This document shows, one piece after another, positions 46,549-60,200 of a DNA stretch of 64,000 nt (position 1 is the stretch's first letter; each line of letters opens with the position of its first letter). The stretch is from positions 1-64,000 of the forward strand of contig CAXHJY010000413.1 in assembly GCA_964016885.1 (NCBI GenBank). Direction: 5' to 3'. The DNA comes from Eledone cirrhosa (lineage: Eukaryota). Made by a program: the position numbers and the translations under genes. The notes under the pieces are model-generated. The model made no database searches. It had not been told where the DNA came from and saw only the letters and a program-made list of their open reading frames with translations.

Positions 46549-47107
46549 TACCGTATTTGACAGCTTATAAGAAGCAATTTTCCCCCAAAATAGTCATGGG
46601 TCAGTTTGGTCATGGGTCAGTTTGTGTTACTGATTAGTGGAGTTCTAGTGCTGCAGTGGCACTTAAATTAAATCACAAACATCTCCACAAATGTAAACAA
46701 GATGGCGATCGCTTCTACACCAAAAATGGCAACTCTTTTCCAAAAAAAAAGCTACAATTTTAATTCATTGTGTGATGAATATAATAACATATTTTCACTT
46801 TGTTTTAAAAACGTACTCAATATTGCAACAAAAATACAATTTAACGTTTAAAGTACATTTATTTTTTCACACTTTCTTATGTTTTAAAAATTTACTAAAA
46901 TATTACAACTAATTTAAACCGATTTATTTATTTGAAGAAAAAAGAAAAAGAAAATGAAATATTTTATGAAGAGTTTTATATTCATTAAATAAACAATAAA
47001 ACTGTGATATGGTGATATATAAATATGATTTTTATTAAATAAATATAATGTTTCATTTGCAATATTTACATTGAGTAAGGTGATCGAATACACCAACTTC
47101 TCTTCTT

Positions 47108-47122
47108 TTAGTATCGTCGTAC
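47108..47122 (-). CDS. Putative terminal coding exon (VRRY*) of the Cys-rich gene
   Basis: Acceptor TTTATTGCAG|GTA in phase 0 matches the exon 2 donor. An AT-rich region with AATAAA follows. Confidence 0.45.
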   Translation of the reverse strand, partial: VRRY

Positions 47123-47208
47123 CTGCAATAAATTAATTGATAATATATTTAACAGACTTGTTATGTTTAAGGTGTGTTTTAAATAATGAATACATATGAC
47201 GTTGTAAA

Positions 47209-47460
47209 GGTGCATGGCTTTGTGGTTAGTTGTTAGGGTATTCGGCCCACAGTCGTAAAGTCTGGAGTTCGATTCCCGGCGACGTTTTGTGTTCTTGAGC
47301 AAGACACTTTATTACACGTTCTTCCAGTTCACTCAGCTGGCAAAATGTATTGTACCTGTAATTTGAACGGCCAGCCTTGTTACATACTGTGTTACACGCT
47401 GAATCTCCCTGAGAATTACGTTAAGGGTACGCGTGTCTGTGGAATGCTTAGCCACGTGTC
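47209..47460 (+). mobile_element. tRNA-derived CORE-type SINE
   Basis: A box TGGCTTTGTGG, B box GAGTTCGATTCC, CORE-like TGTGTTCTTGAGCAAGACACTT. Confidence 0.75.
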
Positions 47461-47499
47461 TCGATAGTAAGTCAACACAAATACGATCAGTCAAAATTC

Positions 47500-47830
47500 G
47501 AAATTTAATTATCTTCCGCATTACGAGCGGTGATGGTCAGGTTTGTTGTCATATTGATGAGATCGGTATCAGAGAACGTGTTGCAACATATGGCGTCTCG
47601 AGTGGAAACAGGATATAGTTCACTGCACAGTGAAAAGAGAAGTTTTGGGAGTGCAAAACAGTCCTTCATGTTGTTGAACGTGAGTTTGATTTCCAAGTAT
47701 ACTAGAATGACTTTCGAGAGAATTGCAGAGCCAAGAATATGGACAACATTCCTTAGAGTAAGTCATCTATCAGCCACATCCTACCGAATCTTGTACACGA
47801 TGTAGAATCTTGTTCACCGACATAGATATT
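47500..47830 (-). mobile_element. Decayed LINE (RTE-like) fragment
   Basis: Fragmentary RT C-terminal-like translation with a higher-complexity composition. Confidence 0.35.
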
Positions 47831-48044
47831 GATAATATATACTTTGGAAGTTAAGGATGATATAGTGCAATATATATATATCTATATATCAGTGATTTGG
47901 GAAAAGTGTCAATGATATCCGATAAACATTTAACGGTGTCTATATATGTTTTTATTAATCGATTGTGTACAGATATACATTGCTTTCTTACATAGTCACA
48001 AGGCCAGTAATATTTTTTTCTTTGGGGGTGGGGGTGGGGGGGGG

Positions 48045-48200
48045 GTGATTAAATCGACCCCAGTGAGAGACGGGTACTTTTATCGACCCTATAAGGATGA
48101 AAGGCAAAGTTAACCTCGGCAGGATTTGACCTCAGATCATGAAGGGCCGTAACATTATACTGAAAAGCATGGCGTCCGACCCTCTACCGATACTGCCAAT
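48045..48200 (-). mobile_element. SINE, same family as 3044-3233
   Basis: TATCGACCC..AAGGATGAAAGGCAAAGT..CCTCTACCGATACTGCCAAT. Confidence 0.8.
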
Positions 48201-48289
48201 TAGACAAGAGAATATTAATGTGGTGTGGTAAATATATACATATACACAAGGTCTGAACACAATGAGAAAGAACTCCAACTGTCACTACC

Positions 48290-48535
48290 TACGGTGGACA
48301 GAATAGAGAAGGCGTTTCCCCTGAAGATGGAGAGGGAGACGTGCTGGAAGAGCCATTCCAGCTACGGGTAGCGAACTCTGTGCCGATGGTGGTGAGTAGA
48401 GAGGTCGTTCTCTGGCAAAGGACACCAGAAGTGTCCAATGCTAAGAGCTCGAACAAAAACCTGTCGGTGATCGACTGATACTTGGACAGTTTACCGTCCT
48501 CGGCCCGAAGTTCAGCCGAGCCTGGGTTAGTTCGG
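48290..48535 (-). mobile_element. CRE-like 3' end fragment within the putative intron 2
   Basis: Similar to 39466-39690. Confidence 0.65.
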
Positions 48536-48707
48536 TTAAATGAATATCATAGATCGTTCACATTTCAGGGCCTATGTTAAACATGAACCATTTTTAAGTA
48601 ATTTTCTTTTAAATAGGAATAACGATTACATAAGAGTAATTATAGAATGGATAATGAAATTTATTACGTTTGAGATACTAAGAAAACTAATAAAACAAAT
48701 TACTGAC

Positions 48708-51079
48708 CTGATCAGGACAGTCATAGTTGGTACAGTTGATTTTCCCGTCTGTACACCGGCATATATTGCATTTATCTTCAGACATAAATATTTGGTTGGC
48801 TTCGAAAACTTTTCCTTTAAGTTCACATTTCGATTTAGGACAGTACATTTTAGTACATGCTACTTGACCAAACTGTCCACATGTACATGTATTGCAGTCT
48901 TTTTTAAACGATTCTCCGACAGAATAGGTCTGTCCGTTGAATACGCATGGTTTGGGGCATTTTTTCTGTTCACATTGGACTCTTCCATCCTCATGGCACT
49001 GACATTTATTGCAATCATTGTAGAATATAGAACCGAGATCATAACGTTTACCATAGTATGTACAAGAACATTTCATTTTAGTACAGCTAACTACACCATT
49101 TTGTTGGCAGGTACAAGTGTTACAGCCCTGAATAAATGTAGCACCAATGGGGTAAGATCTTCCATTTTCAAAACATTGACATGGCTTGTTAGAGCACTGC
49201 ACTGTACCACTAGATAAACATTCACATTGATTACAATCATCGTAAAATCTTTGACTAGTTTGATAAACCTGTCCTTTATGTGTACATTGACACTGCTTAT
49301 TTGTACATTGGACTTGTCCATTTTGTTGACAGGTACAAGTGTTACAGTCCTGATTAAATGAAGCCCCGATATTATAGATCTGGTTGTTGTATGTACATTT
49401 ACAGACGTTATTGGTACATTGAACATCTCCATTTGACTGACAAACACATTGGTTACATTCTTCATTAAATCTTTGACTAATTTGATAAACCTGTCCTTTA
49501 TATGTACATTGACAACGGTTATTTGAACATTGGACTTGTCCATTTTGTTGACAAGTGCAGGTGTTACAGTCATCACTGAATTGTTGTCCGAAATTATAAA
49601 CTCTATTTTTGTAGGTACAGGTACATGGGTTATTTGTACACTGTATACGACCATCTATTTGACATGTGCATGTATTGCAGTCCTTGCTAAATGTAGCACC
49701 AATGGGGTAAGATCTTCCATTTTCAAAACATTTACAAATCTTGTTAGAGCACTGCACTATACCACTAGATAAACATTCACATTGGTTACAATCATCGTTA
49801 AATCTTTGATTAATTTGATAAACCTGTCCTTTATATGTACATTGACAACGGTTATTTGAACATTGGACCTGTCCACTTTGTTGACAAGTGCATGTATTAC
49901 AGTCCTTGCTAAATGTAGCACCAATGGGGTAAGATCTTCCCTTTTCAAAACATTTACAAGGTTTGTTAGAACATTGCACAGTACCACTAGATAAACATTC
50001 ACATTGGTTACAATCATCGTTAAATCTTTGACGAATTTGATAAACCTGTCCTTTATATGTACATTGACATGGGTTATTTGTACATTGGACTTGTCCATTT
50101 TGTTGACAGGTACAGGTGTTACAGTCCTGATTAAATGAAGCCCCGATATTATAGATCTGGTTGTTGTATGTACATTTACAGGCGTTACTTGTACATTGAA
50201 CATCTCCATTTGACTGACAAACACATTGGTTACATTCTTCATTAAATCTTTGATTAATTTGATAAACCTGTCCTTTATATGTACATTGACACTGCTTATT
50301 TGTACATTGGACCTGTCCATTTTGTTGACAGATACAGGTGTTGCAGTCCTTGCTAAATGTAGCACCAATGGGGTAAGATCTTCCATTTTCAAAACATTTA
50401 CAAACCTTGTTAGAACACTGCACTGTACCACTAGATAAACATTCACATTGGTTACATTCTTCATTAAATCTTTGTCGAATTTGATAAACCTGTCCTTTAT
50501 ATGTACACTGACACGTATTCTTTGTACAGTCTACTTGACCATTACCTCGACAATAGCAAGTATTGCAATCTTCTTCAATTTTCTCTCCTACATTAAATAT
50601 CTTTCCTCTGTAGTAACATTTACACATTTTCTGAGTACATTTAACTGTTCCATCACTTAAACATTCACATGTATTGCATTCATCAGAGAATGTTTGTCCG
50701 GTTTGATAGCGAATGTTCTTGTGATAACATTCACATCCTTGATTGCTACACTGCACTGTTCCGCTAATTTGACAAGTACAAGGCTTACATCCATCTTTGA
50801 AGGTCTGTCCATGGTTGTAGACATTACCTTTATATTGACACTGGCACACATTATTTGTACATTCCATTTGACCACTGGCTTTACATACACATTTATTACA
50901 TGATTGTTGAGATGTCTGTCCTACAGCGTAACGTTTACCTTGATACCAACATGTACGTCGCTGTCCATAGCCACAACTTTTGCTTGTACACAGTGCTTGG
51001 CCCGTTTCAGTACACACACATGTATTGCAGTCGATTTTAAATGCTCCGTTATATTGTTTACCATTATGGGTACATTCGT
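48708..51079 (-). CDS. Exon 2 of a secreted Cys-rich protein: 21 tandem six-Cys half-VWC/pacifastin-like modules
   Basis: Open 2372 bp between acceptor TTTTTACAG|AC (phase 1) and donor CAG|GTCAGT. 37 aa repeat C-x16-CN-x-C-x-C-x3-G-x3-C(T/S)-x3-C. Confidence 0.9.
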
Positions 51080-51361
51080 CTGTAAAAAATCATATGATCA
51101 ATAATTATATTTATATCTAACACTGTAATATCAATATGGTATATATTCTATTGTACATAAGATATTAAGCTATTGATTTTAATTTCCTGTATGTAGGGAG
51201 ATACTTGCATTTAATAATACCATGTATATCTATATTCTATTATACGTAAGAAATTAAGATATCCACGAAAGATGTGAATTTAGTGTGTCTAGCGGAATTT
51301 TAAAACTTAATGATACACACACACATATACATATATATATACATACATACATTCATACATA

Positions 51362-51913
51362 CATGACGGTGGCTGCCCTCTCGTTATCGAGTATGGTCAT
51401 TGCACGATATAACATTATTAACAATTATTAATTAATGCTACTGTGCAATGCCTGTGCGTGAAGATTCTTTTTAAAGTGAGGAAAGACTGAGCACTGAGCC
51501 CATCCGATTCTCTGAGCGACAGTAGCTATAACCCGAAAAGAAGCAAAGATCAACATCATCGGTAACTACCGAGCCGCATGTTTTATGTCGGAGTTATCCC
51601 AGTTTCCTCAGTTGCCTTCTCCTAGAAGAATGTCCTGATAAAGGCTATGGGTCATTCACTCCCAGTGGTTTAACCATGCGATCGGGTATCTAGCCCGATT
51701 ATCTCCATGTCCCCCGCGCATTTGGTTGTCCGTGTAACTCTTATGAGTTCTTCCGCCCTTTGTCAGGTTTTGTTTTTTGTCCAGCAGGGTGTCCAAAATC
51801 ACCCTCTTCACCAAGTGAACTAGGTGGGGTTGTCGGTTTAGTCACCGACGACCTGACTATGTGACAGTCTGTACTGTGTTACATGTTACCAGTAGCACGC
51901 AAGAGTGACCTGT
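51362..51913. mobile_element. Diverged full-length member of element family X, intronic, opposite orientation, flanked by (CATA)n
   Basis: Termini GGTGGCTGCC and TGTTACCAGTAGCAC..GTGACCTG are reverse complements of the 56634-57244 termini. Confidence 0.7.
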
Positions 51914-52977
51914 AATACATACATACATAAGTTCTCAGATAGATATTTTTAATAAAAAAATGAGTTTTGTTTTCATTGACCATAATACGGTCTTCCAACA
52001 GAAAAACTACTAACACAATAATGACATCAATGTAAAATCATAGAAAACAAAACAGATAAACAAAAAATATACAAAATTTTACTTGAGAATATAATGACAT
52101 ATTTACAATACTTTCTAAAGAAGAACAACACACATTTTTAAGCACATTAATTAAAGAAGGAAATCCAACGTTCAAGATCCTTTAATTTTCTGTGTCTTCG
52201 AGAATGGTGTGAAAAAAGAAAAAATTACCTCCAAATTAGAGATTTTTCTTGAATCTTTGCAGTAGAGTGAACTACGTTAAAGGTAAAAAACAACCAAAGC
52301 GGTAGTGTTAAGCTGGATTACGTATTAAATCCATCACTGAAGACACTATAGAAGGCAAATAACCGTAAGAAATATCACATCTCATCAGATGTTGTAACAA
52401 ATCTAACTATACACCACAATAGATTATGGAAGACACATTTTACCACAATGAGGTGTGAAATTTGAGTGGAAAGAGTCACGACAAATACCACAAAGTATTA
52501 TGTTCGATGTTCTATCGACTCTGTCAATTCACCATCCTAAAGAACAATTAGATGTAACTGATCACATATATAGATCGATAACTTCTCTATCAATCGCGAT
52601 AGAGCTTACAAGACCTTACACTTTGTTTTTCAACAACTGTGAACAATGTGAAGATGTAAGACGTACTGGTACCTTATACATCTGACCATATAAATAACAT
52701 AAGATTTAAACATGAAACACTAGAGAGAAGTTTGTCCTGTTGATCATTGGCTTCTCGTCTCCTTGGTGTCACAATACGGAATATTTGATATTACCTATGT
52801 ATCTAGGTACTGTAATGTGTCATCTGATATTTTAGTGGACAGGTAAGTCCTAATAAACTTCAACTCTCATAGAGTCACCCTGGAGCTATGACACGTCTTG
52901 TGTACAATTGATAAATTCAACTAAACTAATTTAAAACATCAACAAATATACAATATATAGCAATATGAATTACTTAC

Positions 52978-53038
52978 AGTTGTTGTAGCTGTTTACGAAT
53001 GAAAATGCTGCTAATACTACTAGCAATTGGTACAACAT
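52978..53038 (-). CDS. Exon 1 (signal peptide MLYQLLVVLAAFSFVNSYNN) of the Cys-rich gene
   Basis: Kozak ACCACCATG, hydrophobic core, and donor T|GTAAGT in phase 1 that joins exon 2 in frame (TAC, Tyr). Confidence 0.8.
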
Positions 53039-53138
53039 GGTGGTCAATTGGTTTATCTTATTTTCCTGTTGTAGACTGGTGATGGTTGTTATCTTCTTCG
53101 AAACAAGGACAGGTTTGACAAATGTCTTAGAAGAACGC

Positions 53139-53146
53139 TTTATATA
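53139..53146 (-). promoter_or_regulatory. TATA box
   Basis: TATATAAA about 100 bp upstream of the exon 1 ATG. Confidence 0.6.
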
Positions 53147-54119
53147 ACCTATAATAAACGTGATCACCTGCATAAATTAATTAATTGAAGAAATAAATTT
53201 ATTTAGCTTAATTGTTTTCCCTAATTCCATATTCTAAAATAGCAACTTTCCCAATATTAAACTAGTGAGAAATGGGTGGAGCACTTTTCTTGCAGTTATA
53301 ACAATGATATGAGAAACGTTTCACAAATTGGTTCAATAATCACAACTTTAATCACATGTTTGATAATGTGTAAAGAAACAAAGAATTTATTAGTAAAGTA
53401 TTTCTTTAAACCATCTTTATTGATACTACATATACAAATTAAAACAAACAGATCTTTATACAATTCATGAGAAGCAATTGTAAATGATTCCCGGGCATGA
53501 AATTTTCACGCCTACCGTTAAGACATTTTTATGGTTAAAAATATTATTTTTGTCTGCCTCTATTGTTTTACTAAAACGACAAATTCATACCAACCTAAAT
53601 TTAGCCTAATCTCGTTTCCTGATCCACAAATTTTGTGTAGGTTCTCTATTGTCTACACTATTTATAGCTAATATTCCAGTTATACTCTCTATACCAACGT
53701 TAGCGAATATGTTGACTTTATATAAAACGTGAGGACTGTTTATTTTCAAATGAGGCGACACAAGTCCCAGAAATTTAGGTATATGTATAATTTCTGGGGT
53801 TTTTTTGTTTGTTAAGAGGAATAGGTGAAAGTGTTTACACTTCTTCGTTCACAGCGGAGGCTTTTACTTAAACATTGTAATTGTATCTAAGTAAAACTTT
53901 GCCTGAATCTTGAAATATATACTGTGTTCTAGCATAAATATTAATTATTGTTATTATTAAGTCGAGAGTTTTCTCTGATTATAGAAGGATATCCTTGCTA
54001 AGTATCTCCGGTGAAGATCACGCTAAGTGTCTGGCCGAAAGATGTAGGGATATTTTTTTGGTAGCAACAAACCTATATGTTTATTGTTTATAAATATATA
54101 AATTTTGCGACAGAACTGT

Positions 54120-56575
54120 TCTGCTAGAGAATGGGTCGCAGGTGGCAGATAGCGAGATGGCCACCAGATATGATGGCTAGTTGCGGTAAACTACTGAAAT
54201 GGAGCAATGGGTGTCAACTTTAGCTCCCATGAAAACGCTTACAACCCAGTGATTTAGCTATGACAAGGCGTGTTCAAGCCTTAGGTAGAAAAATATATTG
54301 CAGTCTCCATCTCATGCTGTAAAAGCTGGCGATGGTCCTGCGACCCGCCCTGTTAAGCGTGAGATAGACACACAAAGATTGCGTATCCCTAGAACCCCAA
54401 AGGTGTCCGTATGAGAGGAAACCGTAAATATTGGAACCGGGAACATCACAACCCTTACAGGTAAGGAGTTCCTACTCCTTACCTGTGGAGGAGGTCAGAT
54501 GCCACCGGCTAGATATAGTTGGGGCTTTCTCAACTAAGTTCCGTGGCTCTGGCACTGTAGAATTGGATAGAGGTTGGAAACTCCACTATTCAGTAGTGGG
54601 GCCAGAAATGACTGCACAGGCGAGCGTGGGGATACTCACAAGCCCCCGGCTGTCAGAATGTGTTATGGACTGGATCCCATTGGGGGGGGGGGGATTGCCT
54701 CTTGAAGCTTAGGCTGAAAGATATTCCCTGTGGGTGGTGCAAGTTTGTGCACCAAACAGATAGACAAATACAGATCCTTCCTTGATGAAGTCACTGCAGC
54801 GTTAGATGTAGTTAAGACAATCATATAACTTAAAGGGAGACTCCAATGCACATGATGGCACTGATCACCTGACATGGAAAGGAGTGATTGGAAGGAACGG
54901 TGACCCCGACCTAATTACGAATGGAGAGACCTTACTAGACTAATTGATTTCGTCATTGTCTCTGATATCTTCGGTTCTGTGCTGGATGTTCGTGTTAAGA
55001 GAGGGGCTGAGCTTTCAACTGATTAACATCTAGTCATCTGCAACATGACTACCTAAAGCCAAGGAATCCCACAAAACTGGCAGATACAGGTAGACCTACA
55101 GGATAAAGTGAGAAGCGTTGGCGGATAAGGAAGTCAGGACCAGGTATGCGGATACTATTGAATCTAAATCCAGAGAATTCCTTTGATGAACTGATGACGT
55201 AGAAACAGAGTTTCTGCTCCAGCTGTTAAATGCTGCGGTCGAAAAAGGTTTGGTATGGCACCAGGTGGCATGAGGGCCCCTTGGTCAAAGATGCCATCTG
55301 AGCAAAGAAGGAGGCACACAAATCTAGGCTTGTAAATAAGTCCTCCTTCTTTCACTTGCGGCACAAGCAGGCACGAAAAGTCGCAGCAGAAACAGTAATG
55401 GCGTCCAAAGTTAAGCTATTGAAGGACTTTGGGGTTAAGCTTAAATCCAACTTTAGATCAGCAAATAAAGTGTTCTGGAAGACCATCCGCAAACTTCGTA
55501 ATAAGAAGTCCTCCTCCACACCTGCTATCAGGAACACGTCTGGGGTTCTCCTCATTTCAGAGAGGTGCATCCTCGTGGGGTGGAGATAATACTTTATTGA
55601 TCTCCTAAACCTAGTCACAACAGCATCTTCTGATGTACATGAGGTGTATCTGGTACCTATGAATAATCTCTCGGAGGTCAAAGTCACAGGAGCAATTAAA
55701 GAGCTCAAATGTTGCAAATCGCTGGGCAGGATGAAATTCGGCCAGGGATGTTAAAAGCCTAATAGAAAGTATTACCTGACTGACTCTGGAAATGTATCTA
55801 AGCAATGGTAATCGGGGGTGATAATACCAATTTTCATAAAGGGAGAGAAGAGAGATTGTTCCAATTATAGAGGGATATCTTTGTTAAATATCCGGAAAAG
55901 TCTAGGACCTGTTGTGGAGGGTTCGGCAGGAGTATGGGACGGATGGACAGCTTCTTGTTGCCCTGATGTCTCTATACGAATTCCCTAGTATTTGTGATCG
56001 GATAAATGGTGCTAAATTGAAACCATTCAATGTGGGAGTCGGACCCCGCCAAGGGTGTATACAACCACCTCTCCTGTTTATAATCTTCATGAATTGGATG
56101 GACCAACGCAGCCGGGTTGGAAATGGTATCGTGACTGGTAGGGGTAGGATCAGTCGGATGGAATTTGCAGACGACATGGTATTACTTAGCTAATCAGAAG
56201 GTGATATCCGACATGCACTTTATACGTTTGATGCAGAGTGCTACACGGCTAGAATAAAAATCAATGCTGCGAAAATCATCCTCTCAAGGAAGCCTGCGCA
56301 ATGCACTCTACATGTAAGTGGAGTTCCACTGAAATATGTGGAGGAGATCAAGTATAACTTGCGCCGTGGAAAGCAGGAGGCTGAATTAAGTGCAAGAATT
56401 GCAGGATCTGGTGCAGTAATACGCCAGCTTCAGCATTTAGTCATCAGAAGAAGGGAGGTAGGTGTAAAAGCCAAACTCGCTATTTTCAGACCAGTATTCT
56501 TTCAACCCTTACCTATGGTCATGAACCATGGGTAATGACCGAAAGAATAAGATCGCGAATACAATCGCCGAAATG
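54120..56575 (+). mobile_element. Heavily decayed RTE-clade LINE (APE + RT)
   Basis: IGTGNITTLTGKE, VGILTS, NYRGISL, GPRQGC, EFADD and TLTYGHEPW remnants. The 5' boundary is uncertain. Confidence 0.75.
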
Positions 56576-56633
56576 TATGCATGTATGTATGTATGTATGT
56601 ATGTATGTATGTATGTATGTATGTATGTATGTT

Positions 56634-57244
56634 ATGTCAGGTCACCAGTTGGTGCTACTGGTAACATCTATGCCAGTACAACCTGTCTCATGGTCGGGTC
56701 GTTGGCGACTAGACTGGCAACCCCACCAAGGTTTCTTGGTGAGGAGGGTGACTTTCGACATCCTGCAGGACTAAAAACAAAACCTCTCAAAGGGCAAAGG
56801 AGCTGTTAAGAGTCAATGGCCATCCAAAATCACCGGGAGAGATGACCCCTTAGCCTTTGTCAAGGCAGAATTCTAGGAGAAGGAAAACTCTGATATAACA
56901 CCTGCAACCCTGATGGTATCCAATGATGTTGACTTGTTATTCTTTTTGGTAAATATCATCTTAGTTAAGAGAGTGGGACTGGCTTTGTACAGTGCCTTTG
57001 CTCACTATAAAAGCTTCTCGGCACAGGCATTGCTTTATATCTGGAGATCTCTCTGCACTTGTCGTCACATGGTACCATGGGCCCAGCACTATGTGTCAAT
57101 AATTGTCACAAGTGTAGTGTTTGTACCAGAGTTTTCAAGTCGCTGGCTGGACTAAAAAGTCACACTCGTTCAGCGCATCGGTAGGGGTTCTCCTACATGG
57201 ATATAAAGTAGTGGCCGTACTCGAAAACGAGTTGGCAGCCACCA
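56634..57244. mobile_element. Element X, full length (~610 bp), between (TATG)n tracts
   Basis: Multiple copies in the window with shared termini. Confidence 0.75.
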
Positions 57245-57246
57245 TG

Positions 57247-57291
<45 letters not shown>

Positions 57292-57293
<2 letters not shown>

Positions 57294-60200
57294 TATCTCT
57301 TTCTCTTAATTTCGAGTATATTTTTTTTTTACCGGCCACCTTCCTGGTGGCAAGGTTGTAGAAGAAAGGAAATTATCATCCCTTGAATCGCAAGAATGTT
57401 TTGCAAATTTTGAAGGTGCCAGCTATCGCAGCCATTTGTAGACTATGAATTAGGGAGCTGCGCTTTTTGTCCGCAAATCCAAGTTCAGTCATACTTTGGT
57501 CCAAGCGGGTTGGTATATAACCCGTAGCTCCAATAATGATGGGTATGAAGCTAAAGGTGTATCTTGGATACTAAATTTGTAAACTCCTCATCAATGGTCC
57601 GCAGATGTCCTCCTTCTCCTATATTTTTCTGACAACGTTTACACAAGTGGGCAACTGATCTCCACAACAGAACACGTTTTCAATGTGTGGTCCCAAACAA
57701 CAATATCAGGCCGGTTGTGCTTTAATTTGGTGGCAGTTTTTATTTTCAGGTTCCACCAGTATTCCTTAGTGCCATCTGTCTCAATATATTCTTCCTCGTT
57801 TGTTGTTAATTTTGTTTTCCGAAGTGCGTTCCAGATGGTTCTAGCTATCCCATCGTGTCTCATGGGGAGGTAGTAGCGAGATGACATTCTTTCGCAGCTG
57901 GCAACAATGTGGCTTACATCCTCGATCTTTGTTTTACATAGCCTACATTTATTGTCAGCTGCTGGCCCTCCTCTTTTGTGCAGCAGATATTTGGTAGGGA
58001 GTTCTTGTTCCTGTATTGCATAGAGATATCCCTCAAGGTGTGATGTCATAAACTTGTCGGAACTCCATGCCAGGCTTTTTGAGTGGTTTATCCCCTCTAT
58101 GGTCTGTGTTTTACGCCTCAAGTATCCATGCACAACTTTTTCTGTAAATTGGTCAATTTTTTTTATCTTGTTTGAACATTGAATAGGATCTTCCGATTTC
58201 TCTGGGTGAGAGATTTATATCAGGCTTTATTCCATATCTCTCCTCCAGATCAGTCGCTATTCTAATGATATTTTTTTTTTATGCTCATAAACCTGGGCAA
58301 GATGTTTGCCAACCTTTTCCCTCTGTTGAAGGTGTTGCTTCAATGTTACTATCCGGGTCTCATATGTTGTTAATATTGATTTTAGACTCCGGCCACCTTC
58401 CTTGCGTGAGAAGTATAGCCTATCCACATCACCATTGATGTTAAAGTTCCCAGTAACACTGAGAAGTTTTCGAGTTCTAACATCCATCTCACTTAGTTCT
58501 TGCAATTACCAGTTCAGCAGACCAAATGTTGGCGTTAGAATTGGCACAGCATAAGTATTGTGGGCAATGTATTTGCTGACAGTTCTGATGACCATATTTT
58601 CTTCACTCTTCTGAGGTATTCAGTTCTGGTTCTCTCCTTATTTATGGGTCCATCATATCTGACATTCTCATCCTGTCCAAGATATCTGTAGTTGTCACCT
58701 GACTGCAGAGGTTGTATTGTCAGGCCGTTCATCTCTAGATTTCTAGAGGAGGGCACAGCTCTTCCACGTTTTACTGCCAAATATGTACACTTGGACTCAC
58801 CAAATTTCATTTTGATGTCGGTTGAAAATTGTGTAATGAGGTCCAATTGTTTCTTGATGTCATTGATATTTGGCCCATACAACTTCAGGTCATCAACAAA
58901 GAAAAAATGGGAGATACTTCTGGGCCCACTTCTTTGTCCACCTTGTTTCCTGATTAGGTAAGATAGTGGATTCAGTGAGAGAACGAAGAGTAGCACTGAC
59001 AAGCTATCACCCTGAAAGATGCCCTTCTGGTAATGTATCTTATCAGTCTTAACCTGCTCCTTCTCACCTCTAAGGATCAAATTGGTGTACCAGTTCTTGG
59101 TCAGGCGTTCAACAGCAGCTACCAATGGTTGTGGGACTTTAGCTAACTGTAAAGCCTTAATAATCCACCCATGAGGTACACTATCAAATGCTTTTTGATA
59201 GTCCAGCCACACCACAGTCATGTTTCTGCGATTCTTTGTTGTTTTTTCCTGAATCATTTTGTTAGTTAGTAGGTGATCTATGCAACCCCACACCTCCCTC
59301 TTTCTACCAGCTTGCTCAAGTGTTATGATGTTGTTGGTAGCACAGTGATCCTGTAAGAACAGGTTAAGGCACCCAGTATATAATTTATACATGATGTTTT
59401 GGCAGGCTATTGGGCGGTAATGTTTAGCAAGGGTGGTTTGGCTATTTTGGGAATGAGGAGAGTAGTGGCAGTTGATAACCATCTGGGCAGTTCTTGTGTG
59501 CCCTTAATGGTTTCTGTAAACAGCCGTATGAGATCTTGCCGATAGAAAGTGAAATTCTTCAACCAGTATCCTGTAATGAGGTCTGGGCCTGGCGATTTCC
59601 TATTCGACATTTTCTGTAGAGCTGTTTCCAGTATTGACCCATTTATGTCGTATTGTTTTATCTGGACATGTTGGCAGTAGTCCTGTTCCAGTTCTTGTAG
59701 CCAATTAGCTTGTCTGTTGAATCCGTCATCCGTTTCCCATACAGATCTCCAGTAGCTCTCAACCTGTTCTTTTGAAGGGGTGACGTTTACAGGGATTGAG
59801 CTTTTGCCACCGAAGCTGCGATAAACTGATTTAGGATCTCTGGCAAACAATCTATTTAGCACTTTTCGTTTATGTGCTGTTGACTTATATTTTAGTCTTT
59901 CTGTTGTAGCTGTGAGGTGTTGTTTCAACTGGTGTAATTTGGTGTTCAAAGTTTTAAATTTTGTATCTCCAAATCGTCTCTCTAACTTTTTCTTTAGGTC
60001 TTCCTGGTGTCGTGTGAAGTTGCTCTCTATGTTGCATTTCATAACGACTGCGATGTGTGAGATACTTCATCTCAGGGACAAAATTTTGGTTTTTAAATTT
60101 CGCATTCACGCTGGTTCAGACTTTCTGTTTGTATCTTGATTGCGTGGTTTTAGATGTGTGTTATATGATAGCAATGTGACAGCTGAAACATATAACAAAA

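Noticed and set aside
46549-46590. TA-CCGTATTT possible pogo/Tc1-mariner TIR
   Set aside because: No convincing partner TIR or transposase found.
48540-49217. 225 aa plus-strand ORF and other overlapping ORFs
   Set aside because: Antisense or alternate-frame shadows of the repetitive Cys-rich exon.
54003-54055. Hammerhead-like GTGAAGA...GAAAGATGTA
   Set aside because: C3 is missing and stems II and III do not pair.
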